Of a stretch of 45,496 bases of DNA, positions 36,498 through 43,843 are shown piece after piece; the stretch's first letter is position 1, and every line of letters starts with the position of its first letter. Made by a program: the position numbers and the translations under genes. The notes under the pieces were generated by a model. It made no database searches, had not been told where the DNA came from, and was given only the letters and a program-made list of their open reading frames with translations. This stretch comes from an uncultured Gammaproteobacteria bacterium. GTDB lineage: Bacteria > Patescibacteriota > Patescibacteriia > Patescibacteriales > UBA12465. Location: assembly GCA_964522055.1 (NCBI GenBank), contig CAZFUP010000003.1, forward strand, positions 1 to 45,496. The letters are read 5' to 3'.

Positions 36498-36602
36498 TTT
36501 GTTTGCTTGTTTACACTTTTTAATAAAACGTAAGACGACCTTATTTTAAATAAAAAGCGGTTTTGGGCCGCCTTTATTTTTAAAATAGCTTACCTGAAAA
36601 CA

Positions 36603-36631
36603 ATTATATCCTAATTATTACCATTAGTCAA
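36603..36631 (-). promoter_or_regulatory. Sigma70-type promoter of the RRM gene
   Basis: Minus strand: TTGACT (36631-36626), 17 bp, TATAAT (36608-36603). Confidence 0.75.
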
Positions 36632-36648
36632 TAGGGGGAATTAATAAC

Positions 36649-36679
36649 AAAAAACAGGCCTTTTCAGGCCCGTTTTTTT
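36649..36679 (-). terminator. Intrinsic terminator after rplA
   Basis: Minus strand: ACGGGCCT-gaaa-AGGCCTGT-TTTTT. Confidence 0.85.
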
Positions 36680-36690
36680 AAGATAAGTAT

Positions 36691-37428
36691 CTATAACTCT
36701 ATTTTAACACCTGCGCTCATTGAAGAGGAAATGCTGATATTTTTTATAAACGTTCCTTTGGAAGCAGCCGGTTTAGACTTTCTAATTGTTTCAAGAAGAG
36801 CATTATAATTTTCTAGTAGTTTTTGATTATCAAAACTTATTTTTCCAATTACAGCATGAACATTGGCGGTATCATCATTTTTAAAACTAATTTTACCTTT
36901 CTTTAATTCTTCTATAGTTTTAATAGGATTAGTAGTTACAGTATCATTTTTAGGAGAAGGCATTAAGCCGCGTGTTCCAAGTATTTTAGCAATAACTGCT
37001 AAATTTTTCATCATAGCTGGTTCAGCAATAGCAACTTGAAAATCAGTTTTTTCAGTCTTTTTTATTTCTGCTACTAAATCTTCTCCGCCAGCATAATCAG
37101 CTCCAGCTTCTTTAGCTCCTTTTTCGTTTTCTGAAGAAACAAAAGCAGCAATCTTAATAGTTTTGCCAGTTCCATGAGGCAAGCTAACTGCACCACGAAC
37201 TTGTTGATCTCCTTTTTTAGTATTAATACCCAAGCGAAAGTGAACTTCAACAGAAGCATCAAATTTAGTTTTATCTAATTTTTTAACTATCTCTAAAGCC
37301 TCAGAAACCGGATAGGACTTGAAGCGATCATAAATAGTTGAATAATTAGCTTTTTTCACTTTTGGTTTTTCTGTTTGTTTTTTATTTGTTTTTTTTGCTT
37401 TTTCCAAAGCAGGTTCTTTTTTAGCCAT
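36691..37428 (-). CDS. rplA: 50S ribosomal protein L1
   Basis: KFDASVE, DQQVRGAVSLPHGTGK, LGTRGLMPSPK, IGK.SF; Lys-rich N-terminal extension. Confidence 0.97.
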   Translation of the reverse strand: MAKKEPALEKAKKTNKKQTEKPKVKKANYSTIYDRFKSYPVSEALEIVKKLDKTKFDASVEVHFRLGINTKKGDQQVRGAVSLPHGTGKTIKIAAFVSSENEKGAKEAGADYAGGEDLVAEIKKTEKTDFQVAIAEPAMMKNLAVIAKILGTRGLMPSPKNDTVTTNPIKTIEELKKGKISFKNDDTANVHAVIGKISFDNQKLLENYNALLETIRKSKPAASKGTFIKNISISSSMSAGVKIEL

Positions 37429-37438
37429 ATTATTTTTT

Positions 37439-37470
37439 CGTGGTTTAGCGTCTTAAATAGACTCCCACAA
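37439..37470 (-). promoter_or_regulatory. L1-binding mRNA element (23S rRNA mimic) between rplK and rplA
   Basis: Minus strand GTGG-GAG-TCT-attt-AAGA-C-GCTAA-ACCAC: two helices around the GGGAG/GCUAA asymmetric internal loop typical of L1 operators, about 10 nt before the rplA ATG. Confidence 0.75.
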
Positions 37471-37481
37471 TTATTAAATTA

Positions 37482-37904
37482 TTATTTAATTTCTACTCCC
37501 ATTTGTCTAGCCGTTCCAGCAATTATTTTCTTAGCTGCCTCAATATCGTTAGCGCTTAGGTCAACTAGCTTGTTTTTAGCAATTTCTTCTAATTGAGCTT
37601 CGGTGATTGAGCCAATTTTTTCAGTTAATGGTTTACCAGACCCTTTTTTAATACCAGCTGCTTTTTTTATCATTTCTGCTGCCGGGGAAGTCTTGACGAT
37701 AAAAGAATAACTTCTATCTTCGTAAACAATTATTTCCACAGGAACAACGTCTCCCATCTTATCTTTTGTTTTGTCGTTAAAGTCTTTACAGAATTCAGCA
37801 ATGTTTAGACCGTGTTGGCCTAAAGCGGGACCGACTGGAGGAGCTGGATTAGCTTGTCCGCCAGCAATTTGTAATTTTATTTTTGTTTTTATTTTCTTTG
37901 CCAT
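37482..37904 (-). CDS. rplK: 50S ribosomal protein L11
   Basis: [36 protein letters not shown]. Confidence 0.98.
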   Translation of the reverse strand: MAKKIKTKIKLQIAGGQANPAPPVGPALGQHGLNIAEFCKDFNDKTKDKMGDVVPVEIIVYEDRSYSFIVKTSPAAEMIKKAAGIKKGSGKPLTEKIGSITEAQLEEIAKNKLVDLSANDIEAAKKIIAGTARQMGVEIK

Positions 37905-37949
37905 ATTATTATAAATTATTTGGAGCGCAGAAGCATCGCTCTTTTTCTT

Positions 37950-38495
37950 TTAGATCTTTTTGATTTGTAAAAAATCAAGTTCAACCGGAGTTTCTCTTCC
38001 AAAAAGGGAAACAGAGACTTTTACCTTACCACGCGCCTCATCAATTGCCGTTACTTTTCCTTCCATATTCTTAAATGGTCCTTCGTTAATTTTTACCGGA
38101 CTACCTTCAACAACATCAATTTGGAATTTAGGATCTTCAACTCCCATTCTTTTCTGCAATGCTTTAACCTCTTCTTCGCCAATAGGGGTTGGAATAGTGC
38201 CTGTGCCGATAAAACCAGTGACATTAGGAGTATTTCGAACTATATACCAAGATTCATCAGTAACAGACATTTCTACTAAAATATATCCAGGAAAGATTTT
38301 TTCTTCCACTACCTTTCTTTTGCCATTTTTGATTTTAATTTTCTTTTCAGTTGGAATTAAGATGTTGAAAATCTTATCTTCCATGTCTAAAGATTCAACT
38401 CTTTGTTTAAGATTTTGAGCCACATTTTCTTCATATCCGGAGTAGGTGTGGATGACGTACCAGCGTCGGCCCTGGTTTAATAGTTGTTTGGCCAT
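37950..38495 (-). CDS. nusG: Transcription elongation factor NusG
   Basis: WYVIHTYSGYE, FPGYILVEM, VRNTPNVTGF, KOW GPF, FGRETPVEL. Confidence 0.98.
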   Translation of the reverse strand: MAKQLLNQGRRWYVIHTYSGYEENVAQNLKQRVESLDMEDKIFNILIPTEKKIKIKNGKRKVVEEKIFPGYILVEMSVTDESWYIVRNTPNVTGFIGTGTIPTPIGEEEVKALQKRMGVEDPKFQIDVVEGSPVKINEGPFKNMEGKVTAIDEARGKVKVSVSLFGRETPVELDFLQIKKI

Positions 38496-38568
38496 ATTTT
38501 TGAAATTTTAATTGCTTATTACTGGGCAATAAGCTATTTTTTATCTAATTTTAAATAAAAATTCAGTT

Positions 38569-38754
38569 TTATTTACTGATTAAAAATTGGAAGCCAGCTG
38601 TAAAAACAAGGTCCCAAAGACCAAGAAAAAGGGCAACAGCAATGCTTATACCAATTACTAAAATAGTATAATTTTTTACTTCTTTTTTAGTTGGCCAAGT
38701 TACCTTCTTCATTTCCAAAATTGATTCCTTGACGTAATTTGTTAGTTTGCTCAT
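38569..38754 (-). CDS. secE: Preprotein translocase subunit SecE
   Basis: EMKKVTWPT plus a single TM; upstream of nusG. Confidence 0.95.
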   Translation of the reverse strand: MSKLTNYVKESILEMKKVTWPTKKEVKNYTILVIGISIAVALFLGLWDLVFTAGFQFLISK

Positions 38755-38810
38755 ATTGGCTAAAATTCGTATTTAAAAATGACCTTTCGGCCATATTTTC
38801 ATCTAAGATA

Positions 38811-38839
38811 ATAATACAAAATATGCCAGCTCGTGTCAA
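38811..38839 (-). promoter_or_regulatory. Sigma70-type promoter of secE-nusG-rplK-rplA
   Basis: Minus strand: TTGACA (38839-38834), 17 bp, TATTAT (38816-38811). Confidence 0.7.
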
Positions 38840-38862
38840 GGGTTTTATAAATTGTTTTTAGG

Positions 38863-38891
38863 TTGCTTTTTTAGTCCAAAAAAGCTACAAT
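38863..38891 (+). promoter_or_regulatory. Divergent promoter for the 38928-43786 gene run
   Basis: TTGCTT (38863-38868), 17 bp, TACAAT (38886-38891). Confidence 0.6.
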
Positions 38892-38927
38892 AAATTTGAA
38901 ATTTAAAGAAGAATTTTATTATTTTCT

Positions 38928-40655
38928 ATGGTTAGTCCTAATTTAATGAAAAAACAAGAAGAAGCTATTCCGGCCGAAATAAATGAAAGTGCCAAAAAGC
39001 TTTTTCAGGTAATTTTTAGTGAACAGAATAAAAAGGAAGAAATTGATGATGATATTCCTAAAATAAAAGTTTCTAGCCTTATTTCTAAGGTAGCTTTTTT
39101 TTATGAAAAAATACGCAATGCTGTTCAATATGATGAAGAGCATCTTTTACGTAAAAACGCCATCTCTCGTATTTTACGTCGCCAGGTAATAATAGAGGGT
39201 GTGGTTAAAGACTTTGATAGTGAAGGTTTATCTACTCATCTTTTAACCGAATTAATTCGAGCTGGCTATTTGCCGAACAATAAGATTCCAGAAGTGAAAA
39301 TAAAAGAAATTTCTTTATTACTGGAAAAATATATTTATTTAAAAGATAGTATTTCTGAAAAGATAAACTTTTCTTTGACTTTAAAGACGGATATTAAAAA
39401 AGCTAAAGATTTAATTGAAGAAAAAAATGAATTAAATAATTGGATACTGACCATGGCTGCTTGTGAAATTGAAGAAAATTTAGCTCCCAATAGAATAAAA
39501 CAAACAGTTGTAAATAATTTATTTGATATTTTATCAAAAAATATCGCCTTGCCAGATAATCTTCCTTATCAAGATGATTTGTCTATCCAAATTTATTTAA
39601 GTATAGGCCGTACTTATTTAAAACTTGATGAAGAGGCTTTGAGTTTTGTGTTATTTAAATATTATTATGGCGATTGGTTAAAATTAGGGAATGAGAAAAA
39701 ATTAAATTCGGCAGAGGAAGAAAAGATAAAGAAAATAGCTGAGCAAATTTCTGTTTTAAGAAATTCTATAAAGAATCAGTTAAACCATCCTTTAATTAGA
39801 CAAGTAGATAAGATTGCCCGTGTTTATTCTCTTTATTTTTCTGTTTTAACAGAAGCAATTGAAAGTGATCCAGTTAAAGTTTATAGTGAGCTACAAAAAA
39901 GTGAGAAGATTTTTATTGCTAATTTACGTAAAGTTTGCACGCAGAGATATAAAAAGGCGAAATCAAGATTATGGCGAGCTGCTATTCGTAGTATTATTTA
40001 TATATTTTTGACTAAGTCTATCTTTGTTATTGCTATTGAATTACCGGCAGTAAAATGGTTTGGGGAAGCAGTTAATCCTATATCTTTAGCTATTAATATC
40101 GCTTTTCCGGCCATTCTATTATTTTTTATAGTGCTAATGACCAAGACTCCAAAGGGAAATAACACAGATAAGATAATAAATGGCATAAAAGAAATTTCTT
40201 TTATTGGTCAAGAAAAGAAACAGGCGCTTGTTTTAAGAAAGCCGATAAAGAGAAAATCTTTTTCTTCTATTGTTTTTGGCTTGATATACTTTTCATCTTT
40301 TATTGCTTCTATTTATTTTGTTATTTGGCTTTTGAATTTAATAAATTTTAATTGGGTTAGTATTATTATTTTCCTTTTCTTCTTGGCTTTTGTTAGTTTC
40401 TTCAGCATAGTTGTTACCAAAGGGGTGAAAGAGTTAATTATCGTGGAAAGAAAAGAGAATATCCTTACTTTTCTAATAGATCTGTTTTACATGCCAATAA
40501 TTATAGCTGGCAAATGGCTTTCTCGGGGTTTTTCTAAACTTAATGTTTTTATCTTTATCTTTGATTTTATTTTAGAGGCGCCTTTCAAAATTTTAGTAGA
40601 AATTGCTGATGATTGGACTAAATATGTTAGAGAAAGAAGGGAAAACATGGAATAA
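38928..40655 (+). CDS. Hypothetical membrane protein (helical N-terminus, 4-5 C-terminal TM segments)
   Basis: 575-aa ORF; motif FYEKIRNAV.Y.EEHLLR.NAI.RIL.R; hydrophobic C-terminal third. Confidence 0.7.
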   Translation: MVSPNLMKKQEEAIPAEINESAKKLFQVIFSEQNKKEEIDDDIPKIKVSSLISKVAFFYEKIRNAVQYDEEHLLRKNAISRILRRQVIIEGVVKDFDSEGLSTHLLTELIRAGYLPNNKIPEVKIKEISLLLEKYIYLKDSISEKINFSLTLKTDIKKAKDLIEEKNELNNWILTMAACEIEENLAPNRIKQTVVNNLFDILSKNIALPDNLPYQDDLSIQIYLSIGRTYLKLDEEALSFVLFKYYYGDWLKLGNEKKLNSAEEEKIKKIAEQISVLRNSIKNQLNHPLIRQVDKIARVYSLYFSVLTEAIESDPVKVYSELQKSEKIFIANLRKVCTQRYKKAKSRLWRAAIRSIIYIFLTKSIFVIAIELPAVKWFGEAVNPISLAINIAFPAILLFFIVLMTKTPKGNNTDKIINGIKEISFIGQEKKQALVLRKPIKRKSFSSIVFGLIYFSSFIASIYFVIWLLNLINFNWVSIIIFLFFLAFVSFFSIVVTKGVKELIIVERKENILTFLIDLFYMPIIIAGKWLSRGFSKLNVFIFIFDFILEAPFKILVEIADDWTKYVRERRENME

Positions 40656-40658
40656 TTT

Positions 40659-41348
40659 ATGGCTAATTTATATGTTGTTGCTACTCCAATTGGTAATTTA
40701 GAAGACTTGAGTTTTCGAGCTTTGCGTATTTTAAAAGAAGTTGACTTTATTCTTTGTGAAGACACTAGAGTAACAAAAAAACTTTTAGATCATTATCAAA
40801 TTAAAACTCCAACCATTTCTTATCATCAGCACTCTGATAATTTAAAAGTTGATAGAATTATTAGTCTTTTGCGGGCTGGAAAAAACTTAGCTTTAGTAAG
40901 TGACGCTGGAACGCCAGGACTCTCTGATCCAGGTGGTAAGCTTATCTCTATTTTACGTCATGAGTTAAAAGGCGAATTGGAGATTTTTAGTTTGCCAGGT
41001 GCTTCGGCTTTGCTGGGAGCAGTAGCTGTTTCTGGAGTCGGTTTTGATAGATTTTTATTTCTTGGTTTTCCTCCGCATAAAAAGGGCAGACAAACTTTTT
41101 TGAAAGAGATATTAAATAGTTCTTATCCGGTTGTTGTTTATGAATCAAAACACAGGATTGTTAAATTTTTGCAAGAATTATTAATTTTAGATAGTAAAGA
41201 AGAATTAGAAATATCATTGGTTCGCGAGATTACCAAATTACATGAAACTTTTTATCAAGGCAGAATAGAGGAGATTTTAAAAAAAATATTGTCCGATCCT
41301 AATAATTTAAAAGGGGAGTTTGTTGTTTTAATAAGACAAAATAAATAA
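40659..41348 (+). CDS. rsmI: 16S rRNA Cm1402 2'-O-methyltransferase
   Basis: LYVVATPIGNLEDLSFRA, CEDTR, VSDAGTPGLSDPG, YES.HR, REITK.HE, KGEFV. Confidence 0.97.
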   Translation: MANLYVVATPIGNLEDLSFRALRILKEVDFILCEDTRVTKKLLDHYQIKTPTISYHQHSDNLKVDRIISLLRAGKNLALVSDAGTPGLSDPGGKLISILRHELKGELEIFSLPGASALLGAVAVSGVGFDRFLFLGFPPHKKGRQTFLKEILNSSYPVVVYESKHRIVKFLQELLILDSKEELEISLVREITKLHETFYQGRIEEILKKILSDPNNLKGEFVVLIRQNK

Positions 41349-41358
41349 TATTAAATTT

Positions 41359-41886
41359 ATGTCTATTTTTGACATTAGCCTGCTTATTATTTTAGCTGGC
41401 TTTATCATAAACGGGTTGGCTAAAGGATTAATTCGTTTACTAGGGCGTATTCTTGGTTTGTTTGCTGGTGTTTATATTGCCAGCAATTTTCATGTTCAAA
41501 TTTTTCTTTGGGCACAAGATAAATTTAATATCACTGGCAATGAATTTGTTGGTAAGATTATAGCTTTTATTGTTATTTTTATTATTGCTACTTATCTAGT
41601 TGATATTTTTATAAAACTTTTAGAGAAAATTTTTCATCTAATTGCTTTTATTCCCGGAAGTAAATATATTAACAATTTAGCTGGCGGGGTTATTGGTTTT
41701 TTAGAAGGCGCTTTATTTCTAGGTTTGATTATCTTTATTATTTCTCATTATGTTTCTGCTGGAAATTTGTTTGGGCTTAAGGACATAATGGACGCTTCTT
41801 TTGTTACCCCTATTTTACTAAAAGTTGTAAACATTTTCTTGCCACTTTTACCAGATTTTTTTAAGACTTTAAAAGAATTGTTTTAG
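41359..41886 (+). CDS. cvpA: CvpA family membrane protein
   Basis: D..L...G..KGLIR N-terminus, four TMs, N..AGG..G..EG, S...P. Confidence 0.85.
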   Translation: MSIFDISLLIILAGFIINGLAKGLIRLLGRILGLFAGVYIASNFHVQIFLWAQDKFNITGNEFVGKIIAFIVIFIIATYLVDIFIKLLEKIFHLIAFIPGSKYINNLAGGVIGFLEGALFLGLIIFIISHYVSAGNLFGLKDIMDASFVTPILLKVVNIFLPLLPDFFKTLKELF

Positions 41887-41909
41887 CAGAAAATTTTAAT
41901 TTTAACTTA

Positions 41910-42512
41910 ATGAATTTTTTGAGAATAAATTCAAGAAGGCCGGCTAGTTCGGCCATTATTTCAATTAGCCACTCCCTAAAGAGCGGTCAGGTCGTGGTTT
42001 TGCCAACGGATACTATTTACGGCTTAAGTTGTTTAGCAAGCGATATAAAAGCTGTTAAAAGAATATATCGTTTAAAAAAGAGAAATTTAAACAAATCTCT
42101 TTTGGTTTTGGTAAGTAGTTTAAAAATGGCAAAAAAATATGCCTTTATTTCCAAGCGTCAAGCGAAAATTTTAGAAGATATTTGGTTAAAGAAAAATCGG
42201 CCACACACTTTTATTTTAAAAAGTCGAAAACATCTTTCTTTTGAAAAGTTAAGTAATATTAATACTCTAGCTCTGCGTTTGCCTAAAAGAAAATTTTTGA
42301 TTAAGATAATAGAAGATGTTGGTTTTCCTATCATCTCCACTAGTTTTAATATAGCTGGTAAAAGTCCTATAAACGATGTTTCTAATTTATCGTTTAAAAA
42401 AGAAAAAGATAAGCCAGATTTAATAATAGACGCTGGGAAGAATCAAAACACATCTGCTTCACGTATAGTAAATTTATGTGATGTTGATAAGCCTATTTTG
42501 ATACGATCTTAA
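41910..42512 (+). CDS. tsaC: L-threonylcarbamoyladenylate synthase (YrdC/TsaC)
   Basis: PTDTIYGL, IYRLKKR, LRLP, STSFN, ASRIV; no Sua5 domain. Confidence 0.9.
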   Translation: MNFLRINSRRPASSAIISISHSLKSGQVVVLPTDTIYGLSCLASDIKAVKRIYRLKKRNLNKSLLVLVSSLKMAKKYAFISKRQAKILEDIWLKKNRPHTFILKSRKHLSFEKLSNINTLALRLPKRKFLIKIIEDVGFPIISTSFNIAGKSPINDVSNLSFKKEKDKPDLIIDAGKNQNTSASRIVNLCDVDKPILIRS

Positions 42513-42529
42513 AGTTTTAATATTTATTT

Positions 42530-43786
42530 ATGAATATAAAATTACATAAAAAAGAATTAAAGAAATTTATCCCTGGGATAATTTTAATACTTATTTTAGT
42601 GGGGGCTTTTTTTGTTGGCTTCTATTCTGGTCGTCAAAAAAACAGTGCTTCGACTAATATATTTAAAGCAATTGCTTATTCTGAAGAAGCTAAACAATTT
42701 ATTTTAAACGGTGATAATCCTAAAGAAACTTTTGATGCTAATATGTATTTTGAGGTTTGGGATGCTATAAAACAGGGCCACGTTGATAAAAATAAAATTA
42801 AGGATAGAGATTTATTCTACGGCTCTTTAAAGGGCCTGGCTCAATCAGTAAATGATCCGTATACAGTTTTTATGGATCCAGAAGCAGCCAAGGAGTTTGC
42901 TGATGATATGGCTGGAACATTTGAAGGCATTGGCGCTGAAGTTGGTATGCGAAATGATATTATTACCATTATTGCTCCACTTGAAGGCATGCCTGCACAA
43001 AAAGCTGGTATTTTAGCTGGTGATAAAGTTTATGCGATAAATGGTGAGCCAACTATGGGACTAACTGTTGATGAAGCGGTTAAGAAAATACGCGGCGAGA
43101 AGGGAACTGATGTTGTTTTAACTGTTATTCGCGAGGCTAATGAAGGGGCTAAAGAAATAACAATTACTCGCGATGTTATTGTGGTTAAATCTTTAAAGAC
43201 AGAAATGCGTGATGGGATATATATTCTTAAATTAAGCAATTTTAATGACGATACTTTATTTTTGTTTAATCAGGCGGTTGATGAAATATTAGAAAAGAAA
43301 CCCAAGGGAATAGTTCTTGATTTAAGAAATAATCCTGGTGGTTATTTAGATACCTCAGTTTCTTTAGCGTCGGAGTGGATAGAAGAAGGGCCGATAGTAG
43401 CTGAGCAGTTTGGTGAGAATAGACGCAGTGAGTATCCAGCTAGAGGATTAGCCCGTTTAAAAGATTATAAAACAGTGGTTTTAATAAATACTGGCAGTGC
43501 TTCAGCTTCAGAAATTGTCGCTGGAGCTTTGCGTGATTATAAAAAGGCAACTTTAGTTGGCGAACAAACTTTTGGCAAAGGCTCTGTTCAGTCTTTACAA
43601 AGTTTAAGCGATGGTTCTTCTTTGAAAGTGACAGTTGCTAAATGGCTTACTCCGGCTGGTGACTTTATTAACGAAAAAGGAATATCGCCAGATGTTCTTG
43701 TAGAATTAACCGTTGATGATATAAATAGCAATCTTGATCCACAACTTGATAAGGCTCTAGAAATACTCAAAGACCCTAAAAAATAA
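42530..43786 (+). CDS. ctpA: S41 C-terminal processing peptidase with PDZ domain
   Basis: N-terminal TM, DPYT, FEGIGA, DLRNNPGG, SASASEI, TFGKGSVQ, W.TP. Confidence 0.93.
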   Translation: MNIKLHKKELKKFIPGIILILILVGAFFVGFYSGRQKNSASTNIFKAIAYSEEAKQFILNGDNPKETFDANMYFEVWDAIKQGHVDKNKIKDRDLFYGSLKGLAQSVNDPYTVFMDPEAAKEFADDMAGTFEGIGAEVGMRNDIITIIAPLEGMPAQKAGILAGDKVYAINGEPTMGLTVDEAVKKIRGEKGTDVVLTVIREANEGAKEITITRDVIVVKSLKTEMRDGIYILKLSNFNDDTLFLFNQAVDEILEKKPKGIVLDLRNNPGGYLDTSVSLASEWIEEGPIVAEQFGENRRSEYPARGLARLKDYKTVVLINTGSASASEIVAGALRDYKKATLVGEQTFGKGSVQSLQSLSDGSSLKVTVAKWLTPAGDFINEKGISPDVLVELTVDDINSNLDPQLDKALEILKDPKK

Positions 43787-43796
43787 TAAATTAAAA

Positions 43797-43829
43797 TAAA
43801 AGGCATTCCCCACAAGGGACTGCCTTTTA
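43797..43829 (+). terminator. Hairpin/terminator between ctpA and pyrG
   Basis: TAAAAGGCAtTCCC-cacaa-GGGAcTGCCTTTTA (one mismatch). Confidence 0.6.
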
Positions 43830-43843
43830 ACTTTATAATCATT

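Noticed and set aside
38755-38927. tRNA-Trp or rpmG upstream of secE, as in many bacteria
   Set aside because: No cloverleaf/T-loop motif and no L33 ORF; the space holds divergent promoters.
6169-43842. Many 60-150 aa ORFs overlapping long genes (for example 6169, 6881, 7014, 10546, 16463, 18359, 21088, 21452, 25362, 28705, 30748, 33383, 34692, 37375, 37960, 40487, 43588)
   Set aside because: All are antisense or out-of-frame overlaps of well-supported genes and have no recognisable motifs.
43790-43843. Bacillus-type pyrG reiterative-transcription attenuator
   Set aside because: A hairpin is present, but I found no promoter with a GGGC start upstream of it. It is more simply the ctpA terminator.
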